Shown: piece by piece, positions 24,990 through 38,549 of the stretch
Position numbering within the stretch: position 1 is the first letter of the stretch
Layout of the letters: every line of letters starts with the position of its first letter
From: Euprymna scolopes
Taxonomy: Eukaryota
NCBI GenBank assembly: GCA_053919585.1
Contig: CM132784.1
Reading direction: 5' to 3' (one strand)
DNA length: 64,000 nt
Notes under the pieces: generated by a model
Told to the model about the DNA's origin: nothing
Database searches by the model: none
The model's input: the letters and a program-made list of their open reading frames with translations, nothing else
Position numbers and translations under genes: made by a program

Positions 24990-26889
24990 TACAATCAAAA
25001 GCTAATTACTTGATTTACTGAATGTTTTCAACCTGTTCGTTTACATGCATGAAATATCACATAAAGAAAAAAAAATCGGTTGCTTGTCCAGAATTCTCCC
25101 TCCTGTAAAAACAAAAATAAGGAAAACTTTATATGTACTTCGGGCGGAAAGAAAATATCGCATTCACGTAAATTGATTAAGTAGTTTTACTTGTAAATAA
25201 GAAAATAAAATTTTATGGCTAATGAATGAACGACAATCTCACAGACTGAAGGAACAAGGGAGATAACGCAGAATAATTAAAACTTTAAATTTTAGAAAGC
25301 CATTCTTAACATGGGAAGGGGCATCTGTAAACTCAAATTCGCTTTAAAATGATTTTCTTTAATAAAACTACTCAATCAATTTGCGTGATTTTTGGTATAC
25401 AATATTTTCTTTGTGTCACAGATACGTCAGACAAATTTTTCTTTATTTTTCTTTCATGGGGGCGACGTGACAAGTGCCAAAACTGCAATAAAATGAAGAA
25501 TGAAACAATGACATCAGCAAACATTACACATCATTAGTATGTTTTATTGGGTGTGGGTGCCATGTTGGCAAACATGAACATTTGATGACTTTGTGATTTC
25601 TGCCATCCAGTCCGTGTGTTTCCGGTTGCATTGCAGTAGTTGCACATGCATTTGTGTCACCTTATATTTAAAAGGATTATATATAGTTTTCAAATGCACA
25701 AAACCTTGCATTATTCTCATGAAAAACCGTTATTTTAATTTCGAATGTGTTTAATTAATGAAAAAAAAAAAAACCTATTAGAATTACTGATGGAGTTTTA
25801 GGATTGGTGTGAATCCGAAACTATACTATTACTGCAATATTACACTATATTTCAATGCTTAATTCAAGGGTGAGAGGGTACTGTAGTATGTTTTGTTTAT
25901 CATTTTCTAAATTTTCTTGGGGTAGAATAGTATATGTACCTTAATGATATTACTCTCTCAGGCATTATTTTTTGGGGGGAGGGGATAGTGTGGTATCTGT
26001 ATTGTGGTCATGATATTATCTTCCTAGGCATTGCCTTCATTTTAGAGGATTCAGTGTAGTATTTGTTCTGTTGGTATTAGACCGTCCTCTCAGACATTTT
26101 TATCTCCTTATTTGAGAGGGTGGATAGCGTACGTCAACAAGAATTTATCACAATCAGCTGTCCAGTAACATGTTCGCACTTACATTACATATTGACAAAA
26201 ATATGCTTCCTAATGCTAATATATTCGGTGTTTTGACGTCAGAATTGATCATTTTTTATATATATATAAGGTAAAATGAAATTTTTCCCATATTTTATTG
26301 ACCAATGTAGCATAAAAGTTGCATAAAAATTTTAATATGTAAGATGATGCACATATTGTTTTCTGTTTTGACCAAAAACTTCTTTTTTTTTTTTTCAATC
26401 AATTTCTTTTTATATTTAATTCAACCAGCAATTTTCATTTTAGTTAAAGATACCGGTCTCTGACCGCCACTTAAATCACCAGGTTCAAATATTTTGTAGG
26501 AATTCCACCATTTATAAACTCTACTGATGTTCAAATATGTAATCGTTCACATTTTCTTACATCAAATATTTATTAACCATATTTCTTAACATCTATATCA
26601 ATAAAACAGATGTATGTGTGTGTGTCTATCTGGGTGTAAATATTTAGCTGATAAACCCTTACACTACCGATCACATAACACTATAATTAATAGGAAATAG
26701 AAATCATACGCCTAAGATGGTTTATAACGACTAAAATCTTCATTTGGATGGATGAATAACGCATACAGAAGTCGGAAAGCTGAAATGCAAAATGTTCATT
26801 TCAACTTGCTGACATATTTGTCTTAGTTTTCACACGCATAAATCTAATCATAGTTAAGTGGTTTAATTTTAAAATTTTCTTGTCTGTCT

Positions 26890-27060
26890 GTTGGGTTTCA
26901 GGTGATTTGCATGAAATCTTAAATGAAAATCCATGGAGATTCTTGTGTTTGACATAAAGAGTTCGGCAAGATACACTTGAAGAACATTGGAGATTACATT
27001 GGCCAAAACATGTAAAGCGTTCAAGATGAGAACAGTAGTCTGGATGATATAAATAACCAA
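26890..27060 (+). mobile_element. Hammerhead-tail SINE family, degenerate copy
   Basis: AAGATACACTTGAAGAA...GGCCAAAACATG...TCAAGATGAGAACAGTAGTC, shared with 54862, 57120-58165 and 39600. Confidence 0.7.
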
Positions 27061-27084
27061 ACTCTTTTGTACAAAGGTTGTATC

Positions 27085-27482
27085 TTTTTTTTATTTTTTT
27101 TTTTATTACATTTTATTACATTTTTACCCCAAACAAGGCAAATTGCCACTTTGGTGTAGGGGGCTACTATCAGGGGCAACAACTACTATGTAGGGATTTG
27201 GGCAGCAAGATGTCGGTTCACGTTATACTTGAACTTCTGCACGTCAGTACTGTTGGGGAAGCAGGGACCTGGAATGGAATTCCAGAGTCTAGCGGTTCTG
27301 GGGAAGAAACTATTGGAGTAAAAAGATCTTTTACATCTAGGGATCTCTACAGTGTGAGGCTGGGATTTAGCAGCCTGTCGGGTTTGTTGAGGGTGCTCAC
27401 GTCGTGGGAGCACAAGTGATTGCAGTTCGTCAGAGCATTCACCACTAAAATACTTGTAGAAAAGGCAGAGGGATGCAACATT
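27085..27482 (-). mobile_element. CR1/L2-group LINE 3' end, family B
   Basis: SNSFFPRTARLWNSIP...QKFKYNVNRHL, then 3' UTR GCCTTGTTTGGGGTAAAAATGTAA and an A-tail. Confidence 0.88.
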
Positions 27483-28479
27483 TCTAAATGGTGGTTTTGC
27501 TTTTTCTTTTTAAATCATAAATAATGAGTGTTATATTACACATTTTTTTTTTTCATTAAAATAAGAGAAAATCTATAAACTGTATGCATAATGATGTAAA
27601 TGTCTTTGCAGCTAATTCTTATTTGCACCCAGTGATACGATTCCATCTGCAGATGGCTTTTGTTTTATCTTCAATCATCATTCAATGTTTTGTAATGTTT
27701 TGAAAAGCCTTTGTCATCTTTATAAGATGTGATAAGTTTGAGTGACGTCCATTGTCATCTATTTAGTTTACACACACACACACACCTCCAACTCTGGTAT
27801 GTCCTTGTTATTTGTGACATGGGCTTATAGATAACTAACTTGACCTAACTTTAAAATGCTGCTCCTCCCAGGCACCAACCCCTCCTATTACATCGAGGAA
27901 GAGCGATTTCTGTTTTAGCTTTTACATTTTTTAGCAACCCTCCAAATGTTTTTATCATGTTAATATTGAAGATTTTAATGCTTTATTTAATGAACTGTAA
28001 AGCTTTTTTATTTACATTGATTATGGTTCAACCCATCTAATAAATCAATATTTAATATACATGATTAGTGTCATGGATTATCTCACAGACTATAGAATTC
28101 GTGAAAATGTGTTTAAAAACTATCGGACCATTGTTCAATTACATATTAAGACTGTTGGGAAAGGTATGAACCCACAAATTCCTTCAACTATGAATGAAAT
28201 GACACCTTTTATTCAAATAAACATTTAGATTTATAAGCGCTGTGTTTTACATTAAATAAACGCGTTAAATATACTGCAAATAAAAATTCTTTATGTATAC
28301 TGTTGCAATATTTTTGATAAACTAACAAGGGTATGATTTAAAAAAATTGGAAGGGTCTATTTATAGACACTGGCGATAAGAACTGACAAAGCAAATTCGA
28401 GCCATGCTCTGCTAGCAACCAATCAGAAACTGGAATCACTCCATAAAAATAATGGATCTTTTATAATTCAAGTACATGC

Positions 28480-29651
28480 TATTTACTACGCATTGTACGA
28501 TGCATTATACATATTTACTACGCATTATACATATTTACTACGCATTGTACTACGCATTATACATATTTACTACGCATTGTACAACACATTATACATATTT
28601 ACTACGCATTGTACTACACATTATACAGATTTAATACGCATTGTACTACGCATTATACAGATTTACTACGCATTATACAGATTTACTATACATTGTATTA
28701 CGCATTATACAACGCATTGTACAGATTTACTATACATTGTATTACGCATTATACAACGCATTGTACAGATTTACTATACATTGTATTACGCATTATACAA
28801 CGCATTGTACAGATTTACTATACATTGTATTACGCGTTATACAACGCATTGTACAGATTTACTATACATTGTATTACGCATTATACAACGCATTGTACAG
28901 ATTTACTATACATTGTATTACGCATTATACAACGCATTGTACAGATTTACTATACATTGTATTACGCATTATACAACGCATTGTACAGATTTACTATACA
29001 TTGTATTACGCATTATACAACGCATTGTACAGATTTACTATACATTGTATTACGCATTATACAACGCATTGTACAGATTTACTATACATTGTATTACGCA
29101 TTATACAACGCATTGTACAGATTTACTATACATTGTATTACGCATTATACAACGCATTGTACAGATTTACTATACATTGTATTACGCATTATACAACGCA
29201 TTGTACAGATTTACTACACATTATACAGATTTACTATACATTGTATTACGCATTATACAGATTTATTATGCATTATACAGATTTACTACACATTATACAG
29301 ATTTACTATACATTGTATTATGCATTATACAACGCATTGTACAGATTTACTATACATTGTATTACGCATTATACAACGCATTGTACAGATTTACTATACA
29401 TTGTATTACGCATTATACAACGCATTGTACAGATTTACTATACATTGTATTACGCATTATACAACGCATTGTACAGATTTACTATACATTGTATTACGCA
29501 TTATACAACGCATTGTACAGATTTACTATACATTGTATTACGCATTATACAGATTTATTATGCATTATACAGATTTACTACACATTATACAGATTTACTA
29601 CGCATTGTATTACGCATTATACAACGCATTATACAGATTTACTACACATTG
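28480..29651. repeat. Minisatellite with 44-bp higher-order unit (ATTACGCATTATACAACGCATTGTACAGATTTACTATACATTGT) built from 12- and 20-bp subunits
   Basis: Directly visible. It generates the three overlapping repetitive ORFs (340-413 aa) in the track. Confidence 0.95.
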
Positions 29652-32049
29652 GAAACTTTCTAGAATTAAAAATAGCTTTCAATTCAAAACATAGTATCGT
29701 CTCTATATCTTTACCCCTTTCACTGTTTGATTAAATTTTATTAGTGACCATTACTGAATGGCACAAGGCCATGAGGAGCTCTCTTATGACAATCGGTAAT
29801 GGCCACACCTCACATTCAGCTTAACTTTTTGTCACATCCAGTTCTCATGTGTAATGTGTACAAAATTATTCACACCTCAGTCTTTTAAAGATCACGCCTT
29901 CCTTTTGAGGAAACAACATTTGTGTTGAGTCATGTTTGGAGATTGGAAGATAGAATATCGTAAAGGACATCCTTATACAAAACTGTTCGCTAAAAGCTTT
30001 GACTTTTGCAAACAAAACCATATTTTATATTGAATCTACAAACTGATTAAAAAAAAACAAAAAAAACTTTTCAACCTCATTTTCAGGGGCAGCAGTTAAT
30101 CCTGAGATTTTAAATAAGAATGTTAGAGAGACCTAAAAGGCAATCAAACGGATGTGCCTGTGGTCATAGAAAATAATACAATGGTAAAATGTTCCATGAT
30201 TATGAAGCAATTAAGGTCTAGTTAAGATTGTTGTTAGAATAAAATCAAATCCAAAAGGTGTTCGTTTTTTTCTTACGTGTTCATTTTTTTCTTAGGCAAC
30301 ATTTCACGTTTCAAAAGATGCACAGGCTCTGAAAAACACTGTGCTCCAAGAGACACTCCAGACCATTGTACGGCATCTTTATACTACACCTGGAAAAGTA
30401 TAATCTATAGGAAGTTCTCATCAAGTCCAAAATTATCCTATGATACAATATCCAAAAAGTGACATTGATAATTACTTGAAATACACCTTGAAGATAGTTT
30501 TAACACCTAGGATCCCACGTATGCAATACATATTCAGTAAAAGGATATTGTGATGATTAAAACAGAAAACTGCCTCTGTGAGAAACAAGAGATAGTTTTA
30601 GATGCAGGCGCACATCTTTATAAGTGACTATATCCGTTGTTTGGTTTCATTTAACATTGACCTTGGAAACTTGAGATACTGTGTTTCAGTGACATCGTCT
30701 GATATTGTGTGTCTGCATTCTGTTTTATGGAGTCATAACTTTGAAGATATTCCATTAAAATAAAAAGAGAAAGGGAGAAATACTTAGTGTGAAAAACAGG
30801 CTTTTAATTGAACATTCCAGCTTTTTATTACTAGTGTTATAGCCCTTTTCGTTGTTGTTTTTCTGCTGCAAACTGCTTTGTTAATCTGTCTAAAGTAGTT
30901 TTCAATCCTTTATAAAAAAAAAATAGGGTAATCTGTATTCTTTATCATAACCTGTTATTAAAATTCATTAAATCTTATGCGTTTTTGTTCAAACACTGAT
31001 AAGGAGGTGGAATTTTTATAATTTCTGTTTGCACTTTGGAGAAATTTTTCATTTTAATAGTTAAGCAAAATTTAAGATTTTCTTACATCTAAAGAATCAG
31101 CAAATTTCTTTAATCATCGTATCTTTCTTCTAATTTTGACATCGACACTATTTGTCTTTTATCTTGTGTTCACTTTGTAATGCTCTCCACGGCTCATTTA
31201 GTACAATTTCTTAGAAAAACTAGCCAACACTTTTCTCAGAAAATCAATGACTATATAATTGTTGTTGTTGTTGTTGTTTTATTTTTTGTTTTTTTTTCAA
31301 ATATGAAAGTTAATTTGCTAGTTATGGGAAGGACTGTCACACTTATGCCATCTAAAACTATAATTCAAACGAATTTACTTTTGAATTATGAATGCTACAA
31401 AGTTATCGTTTTGTTCTATAAAAGAATTGCAAATGGGTTTCACAAGTGAATCTTTTTCAAGAAAGAAAAAAAAAATAGTATAAATGATTGGAAATAACTT
31501 ATTTACAGATTATCATCGAGCGTTTAAAATGTTCAAAAAGATGCAGTAGTTTGAATCGAAAAGTGAAGCTGCTATAATACTAATATTGTATGTGGTATAG
31601 ATTGTCAAAGTTTCAACCTAACAGATTCTTCGGATACAAAATCTATAGCCATTCTTCCTTTGACTATGATATGAAAAAAGCAAGATTTTGTAAGTAACCC
31701 AATGTATTCATTTTTTTTTTTATTTGCTTCATTAAAAATAAGAATTATCTAATATCAATCAAATTTTCAGCATTTTTTCCATGAAGTATACATTTTCTAA
31801 GAAATAAAAGGTTTTAAATTTAATACAATTTTCAAAATGGAATGTTTAATTGCATTTAAGGTGAACTGAATTAATGAACATTTGCAGTAACGTTGTTTGT
31901 TTTGAGGAGAAAAAGTATCATTTTTTCCTATAAAAATTTTCAAATAAAAACCAAGAAAGCCTCCAAAGCTAAAATTATTTTGTCTTGGGCTGCCCCTAAC
32001 CTATGTGGTTCTATGCAGCAGCAGCATCTCAAATATAATAATAATTTGT

Positions 32050-34315
32050 GGACTACTCCTCGAGGAACAGAAAGTATGCCAAAAAAGAACACGAAGAACA
32101 CATACCAAAAGATCTTGAAAGAGCTAAAAAGTAGAAAAAAAATATAGCTATGGTATGAATCCACTAGAAGAAAGCATATGATATGATCCCGCACGCATGG
32201 ATAATAGAATACCTGAGAATGTATAAAACACCAAACAAGTTTATCAATTTGATAGAAAATGCAATGAGAACATAGAGACTTGAGCTGACAGCTGATGGAC
32301 AACACATAACTGAAATAAAAATAAAGAGATATCTTCCAAGGGATTCTCTATCACCACTACTGTTCATCATAGTATATTGTTAAGGAGCATCATGGCTAAG
32401 AAAATGCCAAGCTGAATACGAGTTTACTAATGCAAATAAAATAATAAACCACTTAATATATGGACGACCTGAAACTGTTTGCAAAAAACAAAAAGAAACT
32501 AAATACTAATAAACACAATCAGAATCTTCAGTTAGGATATCTAAATGGAATTTGGTATGGAAAAGTGTGCACTGCTAGTTATAAAAAGGGAAAACTGGAG
32601 GCAACAGAAGGCATGGAAGTACCTAACTAAGCAGAGATGAGAACACTAGGTGAACATGACACCTACAAATATTTAGTTCTGAAAGCAGACACTATCAAAG
32701 CAACAAAAATGAAGAAAATTGTAAAGGAATACCTAAGAAGAACAAGAAAACTCTTAGAAACTAAACTATATAGTTGAAACCTAATAAAAAGCATAAACAC
32801 ATGGGCAATGTCACTAGTAAGATAATCTGAACTGTTAACTAAAGAAGAACTGGCATCTCGATCAGATGACCAGGATACTTACGACCACGCACAATGCACT
32901 ACACACAAAGGATGACGCTGACTAACTCTGTCTGAAAAAGAAAAATGGAGAAAGAGCACTGATTTATATAGAAGACTGTAAATGACACGAAAAAAGGACT
33001 TAAAAAAAATATAATGCAGAACACCAAAAGAATAATTACCACAACAAGAGACACTGAAAAAATGAATAAGACAGAAAACAGAGGGTCAAGGGATAAGACC
33101 AGAAGAGAAACAGCTACATGGACAATTCATAAAGATAACTCATAAAAACACCTAGACATGGCCACTAAAAAGAAACCTAAACAGAATCTCTAATAACAAC
33201 CGCACAAGAAAAGACGATTAGAACCAATCACATCAAAGCAAGGACAAGACACAAGAAAACAGCAAATGCAGACTTTGGGGACAAAGAAATGAAACCATAA
33301 ACCACATAATAAACAAATGCAACAAACTAGCCCAAAAAGAATATAAAAATACATACCGTCAAGTGGAGAAGGAAGTACAGTGAGAATTATGTTAAAAATT
33401 GGATCTTGAACACTTAGACACATGGTACAAGCACTAACTGGCAACAGTACTGGAAAATGAAAGTTCCAAAATCCTAAGGGACATAGATGTACAAACATAT
33501 GAACCCATTCAAACAAGAAGTCCGGATGTCATAATAGTTAACAAGAAGGTAAAGTCCTGCCAGACCGTAGATTTTGCCATGCCAGCAGACTACAGGCTTA
33601 ATACCAAGGAGACAAGTGGAACAAATACACAGAACTGGGCAACTCAAAGTCACAAAATCGTGAAAAAAAAAGTCAAGATAGCAACAATAGTAGAGCACGA
33701 GGAAGAATACCGAAAAACTTTGAAAAAAGAATGAAAGATTGGAATCAGAGATGGCTGAGAAAATACAATAGATAACAATAATGAAAATAGCAGAAATATT
33801 AAGGAAAACTTTTGAATGCAGAGGTAAATTCACATGAACTACAGGTGCTAGCCAGACACATAGAAACTACTACAAAAGTAAAACACAAAGAAACACCACA
33901 CAGAATTAAGAAAATTGAAACTATCATTTTAAGCCCCCCAAAGTGTTTGCATCAACTACTGACACTACACCAAATAGTCGAGGAGGGTCCAGAAGAATGG
34001 AAAGATAGGAGAGAAAGCACTAATCAAGCTTCCATTGGATGAGTGCGAAAAGGACTGACCTTGTGGAAGCTTATTACCACTCAAATTTCAGTGTAGATCA
34101 ATGGTCACTGCCAACGAGAAATCAATGGGAAATGGATGTTGCAATAATGCAGATTTATTTTGCAAAGGTTATTGGAAGAAAGTGGAGAGAACTGGAAATC
34201 TAGGGATACTTGCTGTCAATCAGACTTCAGGGAACATCACAAGTTATTTATAAGAAGAAATCTTATGATGGCCTGTGTGAAAACTTCTATTGAGTAGTAG
34301 TAGTAGTAGTAGTAA
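32050..34315 (+). mobile_element. Decayed RLE-type (R4/Dong-like) non-LTR retrotransposon
   Basis: KAYDMIPHAW (about 32171), QGDSLSPLLF-like (about 32337), MDDLKLF (about 32460), MEFGMEKC, EYLRRTRKLLETKL, CRL..ETINHIINKC (CCHC, about 33270-33320), PD...DFAMP restriction-like endonuclease (about 33520-33585), and an (AGT)n tail at about 34293-34313. Confidence 0.85.
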
Positions 34316-34639
34316 ACTACAACAAATAAATATTGTCATCGATGTTAATTATTTTGTTGATCTACCACAGTAGTGAGGTGTAAACATGCCTCGCTTGCTA
34401 TTTCCAGTGCAAAGCAATCTTTAAGTTGTGATTTGTCATTCAGCACAGTATTTATCCAATAAATTTGCGCTTTTCTATTGCACACAGTCAATAGCTGGGC
34501 AACAATACAACTGATAAATAAGCAACCATTTTCATAAGTTAAACATGACTGGCAAAAGCTATAAACAAGTTCTTGTTGAAGTTCGCTTGTTATTGCTGAG
34601 TGTGTTCATTGTTCAAGTTCGTCCGAAATAGTACGACCA

Positions 34640-35087
34640 TGTCTAGCAAATGACTGACAAACCAATCGAAGAGACTTTTGCATCAGATGTAACTAGCAGA
34701 GTGGCATCAGACAAACAGCGTTCAAGTTGTGAACTGTGTATCAATATTGACCTTGGTACATGTTGAACTCTGAAGACGCTATGAACATGCCATAAATGGA
34801 TAAATCTCGCAAACATAAAACGTCTGCAATAACAGTGTAAAATAATGCTAATGTAAAGGTAATGCTTATATGAAGAATACATTTTATTTTTTTATTTGTA
34901 AATCTTGTAAGCAGTAAGATAATCTTTAACCATTGATTTGACTTGGTTAATGACCATGTATGGGATCATTATCAATGTTTTTTTAAACAAATGTTAATGT
35001 GTTTAGTTTATAACTACTGCATGATAACTACAGTAATTACTTTCAGTCTGTCGCCTGCTGGGTTAACCATTAACGCAAACGTGTTAA
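34640..35087 (+). mobile_element. Possible piggyBac-like remnant
   Basis: Cys-rich C-terminal-like KQRSSCELC and an end ...CGCAAACGTGTTAA. No matching left end seen. Confidence 0.25.
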
Positions 35088-36244
35088 CTGTGTATTAAAA
35101 TTGGAGAGTGCTTAAAAAAAAAAAAAAAAAAAAAAAAAATTCTGCAGACTACAATAGTCAATAAAATAATAACTGATTTCTTCTTTCTCTCGGATCTAAT
35201 GATCCGTGCTAATAGGATAGTCCTGCTCTTCAGATTGTATTCCATCCAAATTCCTTCTTTTGACTTTTAAACGCATGCTACTAATGTATGTCGTTATTTA
35301 GGAATTTGACATTTTGTTTTGTTAATTCGATACTCATTGCACTTAGAATCCTGTGGAACTGCAATGTTCGTCACAGGACAGTGCGGTAACTGGGTACCCT
35401 TTAAGAAGTGCAAGAGTCATAACCTAAAACTGTGATATAGGATTTCCACTGAGAAGCTGCTCTTTTCAACAGACTAATGTGCCCATTTGTTGAATCACCA
35501 AAAATCAAGATTATTCAATTTTAATGACATTTATAGCAACTATTCAATTACATTTTCTAAGGAATGCGTTTTCAAATTTAACATTATAGCGATTTTCAAA
35601 TGAGTTTAAGTTTGCGTCAAATTAAGAATTAAATATAAAAACATCTTTGTCCAATTTCATGAAAACTGAAAATGTTTTTTATCAGGTTTTTGTAATTTCA
35701 ATTTTCTGAAATAGGTAATAACTTTAAAAAAAAAACCCAAAAAATCTACACAATGGAAGTGGAAACTTAGATTTTTACAAAACAATGATATCAAATTTAT
35801 TTTTGTGCCTCAATTAACCATCTCATTATGACCATTTAAAGTTTGTTGAAAATTAGAAAATTTGTCATTTTCTGTGCTAACAGCTCATTTTCTCAGTATA
35901 TAACTAAAAATGTGAGTTTTAAACAGGTGAGAGGTACTTACAAATGTATCATGTCATCTTGTAGTAAATAAAAATTAATGTTAATGGAAGCAGCCACCCT
36001 AAATATTGAACAAAATCAGGTTTTGCCGATGTAAACAGACAGAAGCACGATAAATTGTTGTTTTTTTTTAATTTTGTAAAAGAAAACTTAAAACTATATT
36101 AGGTCTTTTTTAAAAATTGGACTTTAATAAACATGGATACACATAATCGTGCACACTAAATTTGAAAAACACCAACACAAAAAAAAAAGTTTTTTTTCAC
36201 ATATAAGATGAATTACTATTCCAAAAATAGTAACCATAACTTAA

Positions 36245-36450
36245 CGTTTCCTAAAAGATGGTCATCTTCAAGTCCAACGTAAACAAGTTCTTGATGAGCC
36301 GTTCCCCATAAGTAATCAAATTTATCAAATTTCCACTACTAACAATTATTACGACATTGTCCCATTGACCACTGTACGCTTATTAACCCTGATCCTTGAA
36401 TGGCCTCCAGGCCTTTATAAGTGGTGACTCCTTTGTAAAAAAAAAAAAAT
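36245..36450 (+). mobile_element. LINE family A 3' end
   Basis: Aligns with 15700-15890; poly(A) tail. Confidence 0.85.
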
Positions 36451-36849
36451 ATTACATTGAAATTTTACCAAAATAATTAAAAAAAAAAATAAAGGAGATA
36501 TAGCAAGTTGAAATTGAATGGAATTGCAATATATATTTACTTGTTTTCGCACACTAGGCTGGGTTCTGATAACTAATGATATTGCTAGATTGTTAGTAAC
36601 AGAAAAATAAAATAGAATCCTGTTTTATAAAAACAATAAGTATTTCTTTCTTAGTTGTTTTTGCATGTTATGAAATAAAATTATTTTGTATATCTTTATC
36701 GATTTCATATGCATGAAAATAACACTAACACAGAATAAGTTGAGGAGTTCAGGTGTAGGATGGAGTATGAAATGGCTTGTTTCGTTTCATCCGGTTGTGT
36801 CTTAGGTGTGTCCCTTTTCATCTTGAGATTCTCATAGATGGCTCTGCTC

Positions 36850-37500
36850 TTTGGGAAAAATCGACTCGGAAACTTCTTGGTCTTTCTTTTTCATCAAATT
36901 ACATATATATTAAGTCCACTGCTCTTTCTGCTTCTCATAAAGTATATTCTTTCTATCGTTCTAAGCACTTTCTTATACCTGAGGCTATTCTTTGTCTCTA
37001 CAAACTTACTATCAGATCATGGATGGAGTACTCTTGTCATATTTGAGCTGGTGAATCTCTGTCCCATTGAAAGGTTCATGATAATGTGTAGAAACGTAAC
37101 TGCAATTAGCCCCACCCTATCCTCTCTGCATCCTCTCTTGCTCACAGACATGATATTGCTAGTCTTTGTCTTTCCTATAAATACTATTATGGCATGTGTT
37201 CTTCAGAATTGTCTGATCTATTTCCTGTTTCCTTTGTTTCAGCTCATTTGACTCGTTGGTCTATTGGTCTTCATCAATTCGCTCTTTTTATACTCGATTG
37301 TAATAAAGCTTCCTATTTCAATAGCTTCTTTCCAAGAACTGCAGGCTTGTGGAACTCTGTTCCTGTTTACCGTTTTCCCCTCTACTTTTAACTTTGGTCT
37401 TTTCTATTTTTGCGATAATCAACTTTCATTCTTGTTAGTTCCTTACATTAAGTGGCTTCATGATGTGTCTGAAGTGATTTCCATAAATATTTTTTTAAAT
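36850..37500 (+). mobile_element. CR1/L2-group LINE 3' fragment
   Basis: LYKLTIRSWMEYSCHI, YFNSFFPRTAGLWNSVP. Confidence 0.8.
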
Positions 37501-37967
37501 AAATAAATAAACATATGTAGAAGAATTCATTTGCTGAACATATTAAAAGACAGCGCTTAAAGGTATAAAATTATTACAATCAATGATTAAGTTAATGAAC
37601 TGATGAGTTCTATGGTTAAAACGTGATTGCATTTGTCTAACCAGTTACCATTTTTCTTATTACATTCATAAAAAATGGGAAATTTCTGGGGGGGGGGGGA
37701 GAAACTTTTGATGTCCAAACCTTTCATCATATTATAATGTATTTCCATTCCACTGCACCCATAAGGGTGGGGTAATATGCAGGAAATATTTACATACATA
37801 TTTACATACAACATCAACTGAAACCGGTGTGTATGAATGAAAATCAGGAGATTCAACTTATCTATATAACTATCTCTAATTACTATTCATTGATTGTTTT
37901 GTCGTATTTACTTTTGTAAATATACTTTTACTGTTGTTGATCATAAAATAATTTGAAATATAACATA

Positions 37968-38318
37968 CTAGCCTGGGTGCCCGGCGTTGCCCGGGTGTTG
38001 AGCAAAAAAAAAAAAAAAGTGGTAGTAGGCAGGCAGGCTCAAACCCGTGAATATGGAGAGAGGAGAGGTGTTAAATTAAAAAAAAAAAATGGTAGTAGCG
38101 TGGGGAGGAAATCAAAACAACAATAGGCAGCCAGGGTGAAGAGAGGTGTTAAAAAAAGTGGTAGTAAGCAGGCAGGCTTGAACCCGTGACGTGAAGATGG
38201 AAAAGAAAGTGAAAAAAATCTAACGTCTAAGCCCATGTCTCTATGACACGACCAGAAGTCAAAAGCGTTGAAATTAACCGAAGTCAATATAACGGTGAGG
38301 ATGACTTACTACAATGTC

Positions 38319-38363
<45 letters not shown>

Positions 38364-38549
38364 GAGCCCTCCTTGTACAAAACGTCCGAGTTTAAGGTGA
38401 AGGAATTAATGTTTTTGGATAACGTTTCAATATTTGTCATCCGAGAGGTCAAGCTTAAAAATGATCTTGTTAGGATCCATCGCCTCTGTCAAAAGTTTTT
38501 GTGATACCTACAAACATACATACATTTAAAGTGAGATTGATATTATAGA
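37968..38549 (-). mobile_element. Non-autonomous Helitron
   Basis: CTAG plus CCCGGCGTTGCCCGGG hairpin; 5' TCTATAATA. Related to 61170-61700. Confidence 0.85.

Noticed and set aside
28493-29734. 413/361/340-aa ORFs as protein-coding genes
   Set aside because: All three frames are open only because the 44-bp repeat lacks stops; each frame cycles through the same peptides.
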